Below the pieces are notes generated by a model, which was not told where the DNA came from, made no database searches, and saw only the letters and a list, made by a program, of their open reading frames with translations. A program made the position numbers and the translations under genes. From contig JBILEA010000001.1 in the NCBI GenBank assembly GCA_044352355.1, positions 1-55,215 on the forward strand: a DNA stretch of 55,215 bases. Direction: 5' to 3'. Shown piece by piece: positions 36,749 to 46,545 of this stretch; within the stretch, counting starts at the first letter, position 1, and each line of letters opens with the position of its first letter. This DNA is from Pontiellaceae bacterium. Its GTDB lineage: Bacteria; Verrucomicrobiota; Kiritimatiellia; Kiritimatiellales; Tichowtungiaceae.

Positions 36749-38287
36749 TCAGTCCGCTGTCTGATTCGCCGGCGGCCAGGGGGACGGGGTGTTGCACAGA
36801 TGAAGGAAGCGGCTCCAGCTCACTTTTCCCGAATGCAGGAGCCGCGACGGAGTCAGCGCGTCTTCCCCCCCTGCGGTCAGGTCGAAATCGTAATCCGTCT
36901 TGCGTTCATATTGCATACTGAAATCCAGCAACTGCTGCAGGAGCCCGGCTTTCACGCTCAGACAGGCGGGATCGTCCCACAGGTTGCGAATCTCCCCGGG
37001 ATCAGCCGCCCGGTCATAGAGCTCGCCGGTCTGATGCCCGGAATAATAGACCAGACGCCAGCGCTCCGTGCGAATAGCGGAGGTGCGGTGCGGGGCGGGC
37101 CAGAACATTTCCCATTCGCAGAAAACCGCATCCTTTCCCCGTTCGCCCGCGACAACCGGCAACAGAGAAATTCCATCGCGTCCGCCCGGCGGCGCGATAC
37201 CGCACAGCTCACACAGAGTCGGATACAAGTCCACCGACTCCACCAGCGCATCGCACGTGCTCCCTTTCGGTCCGCCCGGCCATGCCAACAGATACGGAAT
37301 CCGCTGGATCGACTCATAAAGTCCCAGATTTTTGTGGAACAGCCCGTGCTCTCCGGCAAAATCGCCATGATCGGCGTTGTAGCAGATCACGGTATTCTCC
37401 AGTTCGCCGGCTTTCTTGAGATAATCAAGTACCCGTCCGATTTCCCCGTCGATCGCGGTGATCAGCGCATAATAGCTGGCCAGACAGCGCTTCAACCGCT
37501 TTTCATTCGTCGCCAGCGGATAATCGCCCCGCTCCAGCAGAACCTTCCGCAGATGCTCCGGCTTGCCGTCAAACTTGTTTTCCATCCAGTCCGACGCGCT
37601 CGCGGGCAGCTCGATCTGCTCTGGATCGTACAGGTCGAAGAACTCCGGGGCCGGAGCGATCGGCCCGTGCGGCCGCTGAAAGCTCATGTGGATGTAAAAG
37701 GGACGGTCCGGATCGCGCTCCTTGAGAAACTCCAGCGTCTGCTCGCCGGTATAGCGCTCAATGGAATGTTCATAGGGAAGCTGCGCCGGCTGGCTGCCGT
37801 CCAGCGTATATTCCTGCCCCGGCTTGGCGGCTCCCTCCTCATAGAAATCAGCCAGCCCCTGTTTCTCCAGATAATCGAAATAGTGACAGGAGAACGGGTC
37901 ATTGCGGTCGGCATCGCACATATCCGTATAGCGGATAAACTCAAATCCGTCGGCATCCCAGCGGCGGGTCAGGTGGGACTTGCCGATCAGTGCGGTCTGG
38001 TATCCCGCGCGCCGGAATACGGTCGGGAGAAGATTTTCATCCGGCTCCGGATAGCGCACGTGATAATTGCCGTACATGCGGTGGGTCCGCATGTACTGTC
38101 CGGTCACAAAACAGGTGCGCGACGGCGAACAGATCGGATTGTTTACAAAGCCGTTATTAAAATTCACACCCATCGCCGCCAGACGGTCCAGCGCCGGAGT
38201 CTTGACCGTCGGGTGCCCGGCGTACCCCGCGCAATCGGCATGGTGCTGGTCACTCATCAGCCAAAGCACATTCAATCGTTTTTTCAT
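36749..38287 (-). CDS. Cys-type formylglycine sulfatase (S1)
   Basis: NVLWLMSDQH, TPALDRLA, CSPSR, GKSH, PHGP, ADHGD..GEHGL..K. Confidence 0.95.
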   Translation of the reverse strand: MKKRLNVLWLMSDQHHADCAGYAGHPTVKTPALDRLAAMGVNFNNGFVNNPICSPSRTCFVTGQYMRTHRMYGNYHVRYPEPDENLLPTVFRRAGYQTALIGKSHLTRRWDADGFEFIRYTDMCDADRNDPFSCHYFDYLEKQGLADFYEEGAAKPGQEYTLDGSQPAQLPYEHSIERYTGEQTLEFLKERDPDRPFYIHMSFQRPHGPIAPAPEFFDLYDPEQIELPASASDWMENKFDGKPEHLRKVLLERGDYPLATNEKRLKRCLASYYALITAIDGEIGRVLDYLKKAGELENTVICYNADHGDFAGEHGLFHKNLGLYESIQRIPYLLAWPGGPKGSTCDALVESVDLYPTLCELCGIAPPGGRDGISLLPVVAGERGKDAVFCEWEMFWPAPHRTSAIRTERWRLVYYSGHQTGELYDRAADPGEIRNLWDDPACLSVKAGLLQQLLDFSMQYERKTDYDFDLTAGGEDALTPSRLLHSGKVSWSRFLHLCNTPSPWPPANQTAD

Positions 38288-38539
38288 AAGTTAATTTCCT
38301 CTTTTAAAAATGAAAAAAAACAATGCCCGATAACGCCCCAAACAACAACGCATACCAAAAGCTCCCCGTAACATTTTGTTCATTTATGATGATAGTTTTC
38401 CGTCCGGAAAATTTAAAACATCCTCATGGAGCCTTCCTGACCGCAGCCGCAGGCTGCGTCATCCAGCCTTCACCGGAGGGGCGTCGGTTCCATCTAAACC
38501 CTATCCACCCGATAAAACAGGTTCGGTGAATCTTTGAAT

Positions 38540-38695
38540 TTATGGCTCTCCAACTGTTCCACCCCAGTCGGCGGGACGAGTTCTGACCGGCGCTGGCTCA
38601 AGGCTTGTTTGAGATGCGGACAACTCCTCCGGCAGACACAACGGCTTCACTGCGGTCGACTTCACCGCAGGCACCGGATTCATCTCTGCAAAATA
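38540..38695 (-). pseudogene. detached 3' end of the gene interrupted by IS5
   Basis: Removing the IS and one AAAATA copy gives in-frame ...RNYFAEMNPVPAVKST...GTVGEP*. Confidence 0.75.
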
Positions 38696-40208
38696 GTCGG
38701 TGCTGAAAAAGTCATTTGATCCAATGTTTTCAGATCGGATGGCAGAACTTACGGGATAAAAATTTGCAAGGAATGTGTGGAATCCGTCCGGGAACCTTGC
38801 AAAAATTTATGAATGAAACCGGTTAAAACTCCTCATAATCCGCAGGGCGATCTGTTCAAAACTGAACTCATCCGCATCCTTGATCTGAACCATCCGCTCG
38901 TCCGTCTGGGCAAAGAAGTCGATTGGAAGCGGCTCGGTGATGTGTTTGGCAAAACCTATTGCGAAGACAATGGACGTCCGGCGGCAAGCACCCGGCTGAT
39001 GGTGGCGTTGCATTACCTCAAATACACCTTCAACCTCAGTGATGAGGATGTGGTTGAAGCCTGGGTTGAAAATCCGTACTGGCAGCACTTCAGCGGAAAC
39101 CAGTATTTTGAACACAGAAAGCCGATTGATCCGACCAGCCTGACGCGCTTCCGCAACCGGATCGGCGAGGCCGGAGCCGAAGAGCTTCTCAAGGAAACGA
39201 TTGCGGCCGGTCTCAAGGCGATTACACCCCCTCAACTCAAGCGGGTCAATGTGGACACCACGGTTCAGGAAAAAGAGGTTCGCTATCCGACCGATGCTCG
39301 GCTCTACGAGCGTTCCCGGGAACGGCTGGTAAAAGCCGCCAGTGAACGCGGAATCGGGTTGCGTCAGAACTACAACCGCACAGCGAAGCATCATCTGCTG
39401 ATGAGTCATCGTTATGCTCACGCCCGCCAAATGAAAAAAGCGCGCAACTGTACCCGCAAACTGCGCACCATTCTTGGGCGGGTCATCCGGGATATTGAGC
39501 GCAAAGCCCCTGGGATCGACGAGGATCTACGCAACCTGCTGGATGTTGCCCGGCGCATTCAGGAACAACAGCGGACAGACAAAGGAAAGATTTACAGTGT
39601 TCATGAGCCGCAGGTGGAATGCATCAGCAAGGGCAAAGCGCATAAGCGCTATGAGTTCGGATGCAAAGTCAGCGTGGCGGCGACCAGCCAAGGCGGCTGG
39701 TTCGTTGGAGCCAAAGCGATACACGGGAATCCTTATGACGGTCATACACTGAAAGAGGCCCTTGGACAGGTTGAACGCATTGCGCAAAGCCCGGAATACG
39801 CTTTCGTTGACATGGGGTATCGGGGCCACAACTACGAAGGGGTCTGTGAAGTCCATGTGGATAAACGCAGACGGGGAGGAACAGCCCGAAGTCTTTGGAA
39901 ATGGATGAAACGGCGCGCCGCCATCGAACCGGGGATCGGCCATTTGAAACGAGAGCACCGGATGGATCGGTGCCGACTCAAGGGAATCGAAGGCGACCAG
40001 ATCAATGCGATCCTGAGCGCGGCGGGAATGAACTTCGGGAAGCTGCTGAAAGCAGCCTTCCGGCTTTGTTCATTGTTGCGCCTTGTCGTTGCCCACCTGT
40101 CCGATGTTCTCAAACAGGTCTTGTGGACACTGCGTTCGGGAATCTTCCTTCCTGATCGACGGGATGGAATCTCTGCATTTTTGTAAAACAGGGTTTTTCA
40201 TGGGCGAC
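38696..40208 (+). mobile_element. IS5-family insertion sequence (1513 bp)
   Basis: Imperfect IRs GTCGGTGCTGAAAAAGTC / GGGTTTTTCATGGGCGAC; AAAATA direct repeat at 38690-38695 and 40209-40214. Confidence 0.9.
38813..40186 (+). CDS. IS5-family transposase
   Basis: HPLVRL, GRPAASTRLM, WVENPYWQHFSG, NVDTTVQEK, KGKAHKRYEFG, NPYDG, VDMGYRG, RRAAIEPGIGHLK. Confidence 0.95.
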   Translation: MKPVKTPHNPQGDLFKTELIRILDLNHPLVRLGKEVDWKRLGDVFGKTYCEDNGRPAASTRLMVALHYLKYTFNLSDEDVVEAWVENPYWQHFSGNQYFEHRKPIDPTSLTRFRNRIGEAGAEELLKETIAAGLKAITPPQLKRVNVDTTVQEKEVRYPTDARLYERSRERLVKAASERGIGLRQNYNRTAKHHLLMSHRYAHARQMKKARNCTRKLRTILGRVIRDIERKAPGIDEDLRNLLDVARRIQEQQRTDKGKIYSVHEPQVECISKGKAHKRYEFGCKVSVAATSQGGWFVGAKAIHGNPYDGHTLKEALGQVERIAQSPEYAFVDMGYRGHNYEGVCEVHVDKRRRGGTARSLWKWMKRRAAIEPGIGHLKREHRMDRCRLKGIEGDQINAILSAAGMNFGKLLKAAFRLCSLLRLVVAHLSDVLKQVLWTLRSGIFLPDRRDGISAFL

Positions 40209-41123
40209 AAAATAGTTTCGAACGTTCAGCGGATACACCGTGCGATCCGTGCCATCCACCAGCTTGAATATCTTGTATTCATCGCCATCCATCACCGGCC
40301 AGCGATCCCAGCCCATCCAAAAGATGATGGCTTCCACGGCCTCGTATTCCGCCAGAACTTCCACGATCCGCCGGTTTTTTTCCGGGGGCACCACTTCATA
40401 GTGCGAGGCGGCTCCGCCATTGTAAATATAGGGCGAATTGATGACCGCCTGCGGAATCAAATCCCCGTTGGATTTCCGGATCAGCGTCGATGCTTCAACC
40501 CCCTGCCGAACCATCGCCTCCCAGGTCGGCTCCGCCTTTTTGTCCGACTCCCCGAAGCGGATATAAACCACCGGGGTGATGTAATCCAGACTGTCAAAGA
40601 CCCCCTGCCTCCCCAACTGCTGAAGCGAACGCAGTCGGCTCATGAAGAGCTCGTCATAATCGCCTTTCGCGTCCGCATTGATGATGCCATACAGAGAAAG
40701 TTTTGATTCCGGAAGAAGCTCGCGGGCCACCCGAAGCCGCATTCGCAGTGCCGATCCCGTTTTCTCCCGCATTTCCGGATCCATCCTATGAATGTTTTTT
40801 GGATGAATCGGTGATTCCAAATCCAAAAGATAAAACATGTCCGGCGAATCTTTGAATTGATAAGTCTCCAGGTATTTCCGGAAACTGCTGCGCACCTGTT
40901 CCTCTGTGTAGGATAGACATTGATCCACATCGTCACCATTTCGCCATAGAAGTGCAAAACCGCCCACCGATACAATGTCGGTAGAGATACCGAGGTCTGA
41001 GAGGTCCTCCCCGGATATCCGGTTCTGCAGACAATAATAGACCGGCACATCCCGGGACACCCCGAGTGCCGGAAAAACCAGCAAAAAAAGACTGAAAAGC
41101 GAAACGAATAATTTTCCCGTCAT
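40110..41123 (-). CDS. exported TIM-barrel glycoside hydrolase-like protein (GH56/GH18-like DxE); native C-terminus replaced by IS sequence
   Basis: Signal peptide; YLLDLES, LSLYG, DYITPVVY, IIFW; GGAGAG RBS; native sequence ends at 40209. Confidence 0.6.
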   Translation of the reverse strand: MTGKLFVSLFSLFLLVFPALGVSRDVPVYYCLQNRISGEDLSDLGISTDIVSVGGFALLWRNGDDVDQCLSYTEEQVRSSFRKYLETYQFKDSPDMFYLLDLESPIHPKNIHRMDPEMREKTGSALRMRLRVARELLPESKLSLYGIINADAKGDYDELFMSRLRSLQQLGRQGVFDSLDYITPVVYIRFGESDKKAEPTWEAMVRQGVEASTLIRKSNGDLIPQAVINSPYIYNGGAASHYEVVPPEKNRRIVEVLAEYEAVEAIIFWMGWDRWPVMDGDEYKIFKLVDGTDRTVYPLNVRNYFVAHEKPCFTKMQRFHPVDQEGRFPNAVSTRPV

Positions 41124-41211
41124 AGCGACTCTCCTTTTGATTTATAAAACTCAAACTAAATAAACCCGATTTAAAAAACACGCTCCATAAAAGGTCGCCC
41201 GTCACATCTGT

Positions 41212-42162
41212 TCATTTATGCAGGAAGGCATCGTTCGGTCTGACTGCATCAAAAAACAAAGAGACAGAAGGATGCCCCGCAGCTTCCCAGCTGGTGTAAT
41301 TCGCCCCGCCCCAAAAAGCAAAACAGCTGATTTCGCCGGAATCTACATACCGCTCCAGTGTCTCGATGATGTGCCGGGAATAGGCATAATCAATCAACTC
41401 ACGGTGATTCAGCGAGTTGCCGTTTAACACCATATTGAAATACATCAGGGGAATCACCCCCAGATGGGCCCCGGTCTCTTCGGATTAAATGACTTCCACG
41501 CAGGCATCGATGCTTCGGATCACATAGGTTTCAATTCTGGTTTTAAGCAGTGCTTCTGTGGTACAGCCGGGGTCGTCCGGCCCGTTACGGAGATACAAAA
41601 CGGGAATCAAATAATCCACTTGGTCAAATACGCCGGCCACCACAGCCGCTTTTAACCCGGCAACGACCTCGCCGGCATTGACACCGGTCGCGTTCAGCAC
41701 AGGAGTTCCGTAAAGAGACAACGCTGCTTTCGGAAAAATCCGCTTAATGACCGCAATACGACGGATGAACCCCCGAAAAACATCGGCCTGATCCTGTGAA
41801 TTCAAAAGATACCACCCTTCAGGGTGAAAAAGCCCCTCAATATCAAGAATGATCTGACCGCAAAAATTGGAATCAATTCCGATCATCCCGGAATCGACAT
41901 GTCCTTGTATGAAGACATCCAGAAAATCCTCGGTACAGGCGCCAAATTCCGAATACGTATCAAATCTGCGATCCTGATCGTTTGCCGCAAGATAACAGGC
42001 TTGAATACTCACCATCTCATTTTCAACACCAAACGGCAGGTACTCCTCCCGATCCGGTTGCGGTGCGAGATCATTGTTGTACCCGATCAACACATGCGGT
42101 TTTTGAGCGGTTGTCATCATGAACAGAACAGATAAAAACGACTGCAAGATCAATACATTCAC
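41212..42162 (-). pseudogene. paralog of the GH-like protein with an in-frame TAA at 41485-41487
   Basis: GTG start after AGGAG; ILDIEG, LSLYG, DYLIPVLY, FAFWG; the two track ORFs lie in the same frame. Confidence 0.7.
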
Positions 42163-42225
42163 TCTGTGTCTCCTACATACAGGCGATTCCAAATCGCACA
42201 AATCCGCCGCGCTTTCAACCGGCGT

Positions 42226-44562
42226 TTACACGAAAGGCCGTAAAGAGGCAGGGCGGTCTGTCCCCAGACCGCCGCTCCAGATTGGTCCGGGCTCGACCAG
42301 CAGCACCCGGAAGTCATTCGCCGGCAGGGTCAGCTCAATTGCGTTGCCATCAAGGTCGAGTGAGGTGGCATCTTCCATATCCGTCACGCTCCCGATCCCG
42401 CCATCGAGCTGCAATCCGCCGGGATTGAAAACAAAGCGGCAGGATTGTTCTTCGCGGCTCCAGTTAGCCAGAATGACCACCGCCTTGCCTGCACCGGACT
42501 TGACCAGCGCCGCGGCATAAACGCCCTGCTCCGGCGGCTCCACCAAAAACTGCCCGGCATCCGCCGGGCCGATATGCGTCATATCCCCGTATAAACGGCC
42601 CAGCCGGCTCTGGAATGCTGCATAAAGATTGTGCACCTCATTCAGGTCGCAGCGCGACTGAACCAGCGGCAGATCCAGAACGAGCGTTCGCGCCAGCATG
42701 CTGCGGGTATAGGCCCGGTACACTTCGGGGTGGGCCTGATACCAGGCCAGCTGCCCCGCCAAGCTTAACTCGTATTCAACCCCATCCGGTCCGGTTATAC
42801 GGGACGGCCAGTTCGGCGCCCATTTCAGAATCTGCGGCAAAAACAACTGCACGGCGCCGGAAGAGACGCTGTAAGCACCCAGCCAGTAGTCATCACTCAG
42901 CAGCGAATAATCCGGAAGGTATGGATAATGCCCTTCGGGAAGCTCCCCGCGCGCGAAGGCCTCCTCTCCCTTTTCATAGAACGTTGCATTGACCCCTTCG
43001 CCCGAGGAGACCAGGTCCACAAAAGAACTGAAAACAACGGGGACTTTGCCGTGGTGCACGTTGATCAGATAGTCCGGATTCAGGCCCTTGAGTGCCTTAT
43101 AGAGCCGCTTGTAAAACTCACGGATTTCGTAGACCGGCTTGTAGTATTTCTCGCTGTTGCCGACGTATTCGCCGGCCAACGGATTGCAGTGGTTATCGGT
43201 CGTATCGCCTAGGTCCATATAGATGCCGGCGTAGCCATTGTCGCGCACACCCGCCACGATCTGCCACAGCAGCCAGTCCCGTGCGCTTTTCGAGTAGAGA
43301 TTCAGCGGGAAACACTCGCCGAATACGCCGGGAATACTGCCCGTTTCGGAAAGAACCCAGGCGGGCGGCAGCGTGCGGCCAAGACCTTCCGGAGTGACAA
43401 ACCAATAGGGAAAATACTTCTGCCACTCCGGCACGTTGACATGGTGCAGAAACACGGAAGAATACGGCATAACTCCCGTCTGCTGATCTTGCCAGCGGGT
43501 CATCGAACCCTCCCATTCCGCAAGCCGCTCGCCCGATTCGGGAGGTTGAGGCAGCCCGGGTATATTCAACGGCAGCGGAGAAACAGGTCCGGAATAAAAC
43601 GTAATCAGCCGCCACAGCGACCGATCCAGCCAGGAGTACGAATTGAAAGACGTAATCGCCACAATCGCACGGCCCCGGTTCAGCGGCGGCTTGATCGGCA
43701 GGGGGAGCAGCGCAAAGGACCAGGTCGCCGGTGCAGCAACCTGCCGCGGCAGATCCACCATATTAAGCCGTACCAGCACGTCATCGGCACGGGGTATGAT
43801 TTCCAAAGCCTTCGCTGCATCCCGGTTCGACCATTCAACATTGTCGGGAATGGCCATATCGATGCCAACACGGGATCCGCTGATACAGAGGTGGGAGTTG
43901 AAGGCGAACGCTCTCGTCCCATCAATTTTTCCGGTGCTTTCCTCAATGCCGAAGCGCGTGCTGCGCTGAAGAACAAAGTCATATTGATAGCCGAGGTTGA
44001 AAAACCCGGCCGCCTCTTTGCTCATGGGAAGCTCCACCGTCAGCCGGTCTAAAGACAGCGCAGCGCCGTCCGGAATGAGGGTCAGATCAATGCGGGTAAA
44101 CCCGTCGAATTCCACACTGGTCTCGACGGTGATCCGTCCACCTAGGATTTCCATGTCGCCGCGGACAACCGCCCGCTCGTCACTTTCCTTGCGCAGGCTG
44201 CCGGGGATTGGAGCGGTTTGCACCGAATTTCCGCCGACTTCCAAATCCACTGCGACAGGACCGGCCAGAACCGGACAGGTTTGGCTTTCGATTTGCTGAG
44301 GAACCACGCCGCCGCCGAAATCCAGTTCGCGCCCCCAGACGCGAACCGTGGTTCCATCGACCTCAACCGGAGTAAACGGGGAGGGAACCCCCGGCGCCAT
44401 CCCCAGCGCGTTATTCTCCCAGTCAAACCCGAAACCCTGGTAGTATCCAAACGATGCGCCGGGCGGAAAGGCCCCGCTCATTTGAAAAAACACCCCCCGT
44501 CCGCACAAAGCCCCTGCAAGGAGCATCATGCAAACCAGTCCGCTTTTTCGACGCGCTGTCAT
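42226..44562 (-). CDS. exported glycoside hydrolase domain protein (DUF6067/GH123-like), copy 2
   Basis: GVPSPFTPVEV, VEFDGF, PLPIKP, AGIYMDLG, YEIREFYKRLY, GEG, VILANW. Confidence 0.7.
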   Translation of the reverse strand: MTARRKSGLVCMMLLAGALCGRGVFFQMSGAFPPGASFGYYQGFGFDWENNALGMAPGVPSPFTPVEVDGTTVRVWGRELDFGGGVVPQQIESQTCPVLAGPVAVDLEVGGNSVQTAPIPGSLRKESDERAVVRGDMEILGGRITVETSVEFDGFTRIDLTLIPDGAALSLDRLTVELPMSKEAAGFFNLGYQYDFVLQRSTRFGIEESTGKIDGTRAFAFNSHLCISGSRVGIDMAIPDNVEWSNRDAAKALEIIPRADDVLVRLNMVDLPRQVAAPATWSFALLPLPIKPPLNRGRAIVAITSFNSYSWLDRSLWRLITFYSGPVSPLPLNIPGLPQPPESGERLAEWEGSMTRWQDQQTGVMPYSSVFLHHVNVPEWQKYFPYWFVTPEGLGRTLPPAWVLSETGSIPGVFGECFPLNLYSKSARDWLLWQIVAGVRDNGYAGIYMDLGDTTDNHCNPLAGEYVGNSEKYYKPVYEIREFYKRLYKALKGLNPDYLINVHHGKVPVVFSSFVDLVSSGEGVNATFYEKGEEAFARGELPEGHYPYLPDYSLLSDDYWLGAYSVSSGAVQLFLPQILKWAPNWPSRITGPDGVEYELSLAGQLAWYQAHPEVYRAYTRSMLARTLVLDLPLVQSRCDLNEVHNLYAAFQSRLGRLYGDMTHIGPADAGQFLVEPPEQGVYAAALVKSGAGKAVVILANWSREEQSCRFVFNPGGLQLDGGIGSVTDMEDATSLDLDGNAIELTLPANDFRVLLVEPGPIWSGGLGTDRPASLRPFV

Positions 44563-44593
44563 TCATTGCCTACCTGACCATCCCGACCAGAAT

Positions 44594-45340
44594 TTAGGGC
44601 AACGCTTCGCGGCGCAGTGCCTCAACGGCCTCCATATCCAAGGCCGCAGAATCCATATAGAAATTGTCGAGCAATCCGTCAAAAGCCTGCTTGTACGCCC
44701 CCATCGCGCCGAGGGAAGGGACGCTTTCGATATCCGGAACTCCTCCGGCCAGATTCACCTCAGAAACCAAGGACACCGGAGTGTCCTTGTCGCCGACATA
44801 GAATTTCGCCTGTTTGCCTGCGAGCGAACTGTCGTAGGTGACGGCAAAAAAGACCCATTTCTCCGTCGCGGTGTAACTCTCGGCAGTGACCGCGGCCCGC
44901 TGATTCACCTGCAACTGCAATTTTCCCGGTTTCGGCGAACCGACAATCACTTGGCTGTCCGCATCCTGCCAAACCAACAGCGTTACGCTTCCGCCGATCG
45001 GCTCAGTGCTGGCTGTCTTAAACCAACCGGCAATCGTAAACGCCGGCAACGGTCCTGAACGGACACTGAGCGTTCCCGCCCGTCCGCCCGCCCCGCCCAT
45101 GGCAACCGCATCGCTGTTGTCAAACGCCCGGTCACCCGCCTTGCCCGACACGCCAAGCCTGTCAGCGGAATGTAAATCCATCATGGCTTTGGAACGGTCT
45201 CTGAAGGTGAAATGGCCAAGAGTGCCTTCGTTGATTGCACTTCTGCCGGACCCGTTGAATTTAAGATCAATCAGCGCGGCTTGCAGCACCCCGGCCGATA
45301 AAAACAACACGCCCATCATCTGAACCATTTTCCTGCTCAT
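44594..45340 (-). CDS. LamG/ConA-like jelly-roll protein lacking PEP-CTERM
   Basis: AAAAGGAG RBS; signal peptide; FTIAGWFK, WVFFAVTYDS, AFDGLLDNF; paralog of 48936-49757. Confidence 0.8.
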   Translation of the reverse strand: MSRKMVQMMGVLFLSAGVLQAALIDLKFNGSGRSAINEGTLGHFTFRDRSKAMMDLHSADRLGVSGKAGDRAFDNSDAVAMGGAGGRAGTLSVRSGPLPAFTIAGWFKTASTEPIGGSVTLLVWQDADSQVIVGSPKPGKLQLQVNQRAAVTAESYTATEKWVFFAVTYDSSLAGKQAKFYVGDKDTPVSLVSEVNLAGGVPDIESVPSLGAMGAYKQAFDGLLDNFYMDSAALDMEAVEALRREALP

Positions 45341-45426
45341 TTTCTTCTCCTTTTTGTTTTCGCGTTCACCCTGCCTGACGCAATCACTCCTGACGGGCGC
45401 ACATTGCGCCGCCTTGCCCGACCGGT

Positions 45427-46491
45427 TCAGATCAGAGACCCGTAGTCCCGGCACGCATCAACCAGCGCCTGAATATTCTCCCAAGACACTTCCGGCTCGA
45501 GCAAATGGGAAGGCGCCAGAACGAGCCCCCCGCCGGCCCCGACCTGTTCAATCATCCGTCGCACGGCATCCCGCACCTCATCGGGGGTTCCGAACGGCAA
45601 CACCGTCTGGGTTCCGATGGTTCCCCAGAACGAAAGGCGATCGCCATATTCCTTTTTAAGAGCCGCCGGATCCATGCATTCCGGCTGAACCGGATTGAGC
45701 ACATCCACACCAATCTCGATCAGTTCCGGAATAATCGGGTCAATCACTCCGTCTGAATGATACCAAACCAGCGCCTCCGGATTCACTTGCTTGACGGCTC
45801 TGATTTGCCGCGCAAGCCTCGGTTTCAGAAATTCTCTCCAACTCTCCGGCGACATCATCATCCCGGTTTGCGAACCGACATCGTCTCCAAGCATAATGAT
45901 ATCCACACCGTCCGCAGCGAGCCGCGCGGCAACCCGCTCATTCCGGCAGGTCAAGCGCTCGAGAAGCGCGTGGACCTTCTCCGGATCCGTATAAAAATCC
46001 GTCATCAGGTCTTCCATCCCGCGAATATGCCAGCCCCATTCAAACACCTTGCCGACCAGTGCCTTGACGGCCAGGCCGCGTTCATGCAGTTCTTTCACCT
46101 GCCCGCTGACCTGCTCAAAGCGGTACGGCTCATCGAAATCGTCGAGCGGATAGGTTTCAACATCCTCCAATGTCGTGGCGTCTCCCGCCAAGGGTGACAC
46201 AATATGGGTAAAGTGAGCGACCGACCCCGGCTCGTGGGCAACGCCTATATCCGTGAAGACCGTCCCGGGTTTCAAAGAGCGTCCCTCATAATATTTCCGG
46301 GTGTCCGGCTTGTTCCGGCTCGGGGTGATATTGATCAAACGCTCATCGAACCCGTAAAAATCCTCATAATCTGCACTGCCATGCCTCTTCTTGAACTCGT
46401 CCAGCAATGCCGGAGAGAGGTGAAAACTCAATGGAATATGCGTTCCGCCGGTACGCCTGATTACACGGATGATATTTTCACGTTTCGTCAT
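45427..46491 (-). CDS. uroporphyrinogen decarboxylase-superfamily protein (MtaA/CmuA-like)
   Basis: IRGMEDLM, GDDVGSQTGMMMSP, YHSDG, IGVDVLNPVQPECMD, FWGTIGTQ..LPFGTP, LAPSH. Confidence 0.85.
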   Translation of the reverse strand: MTKRENIIRVIRRTGGTHIPLSFHLSPALLDEFKKRHGSADYEDFYGFDERLINITPSRNKPDTRKYYEGRSLKPGTVFTDIGVAHEPGSVAHFTHIVSPLAGDATTLEDVETYPLDDFDEPYRFEQVSGQVKELHERGLAVKALVGKVFEWGWHIRGMEDLMTDFYTDPEKVHALLERLTCRNERVAARLAADGVDIIMLGDDVGSQTGMMMSPESWREFLKPRLARQIRAVKQVNPEALVWYHSDGVIDPIIPELIEIGVDVLNPVQPECMDPAALKKEYGDRLSFWGTIGTQTVLPFGTPDEVRDAVRRMIEQVGAGGGLVLAPSHLLEPEVSWENIQALVDACRDYGSLI

Positions 46492-46545
46492 TTTCTCTCT
46501 CTCTCCATTTTTTAACACATTGCGCCCCAGGTTTTTCCGGGCTGC

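Noticed and set aside
36713-38371. 552-aa plus-strand ORF
   Set aside because: Antisense shadow of the sulfatase in GC-rich DNA.
41485-41487. Programmed stop-codon readthrough or recoding
   Set aside because: The codon is TAA (not TGA or TAG), and TAA is used as a normal stop throughout the window.
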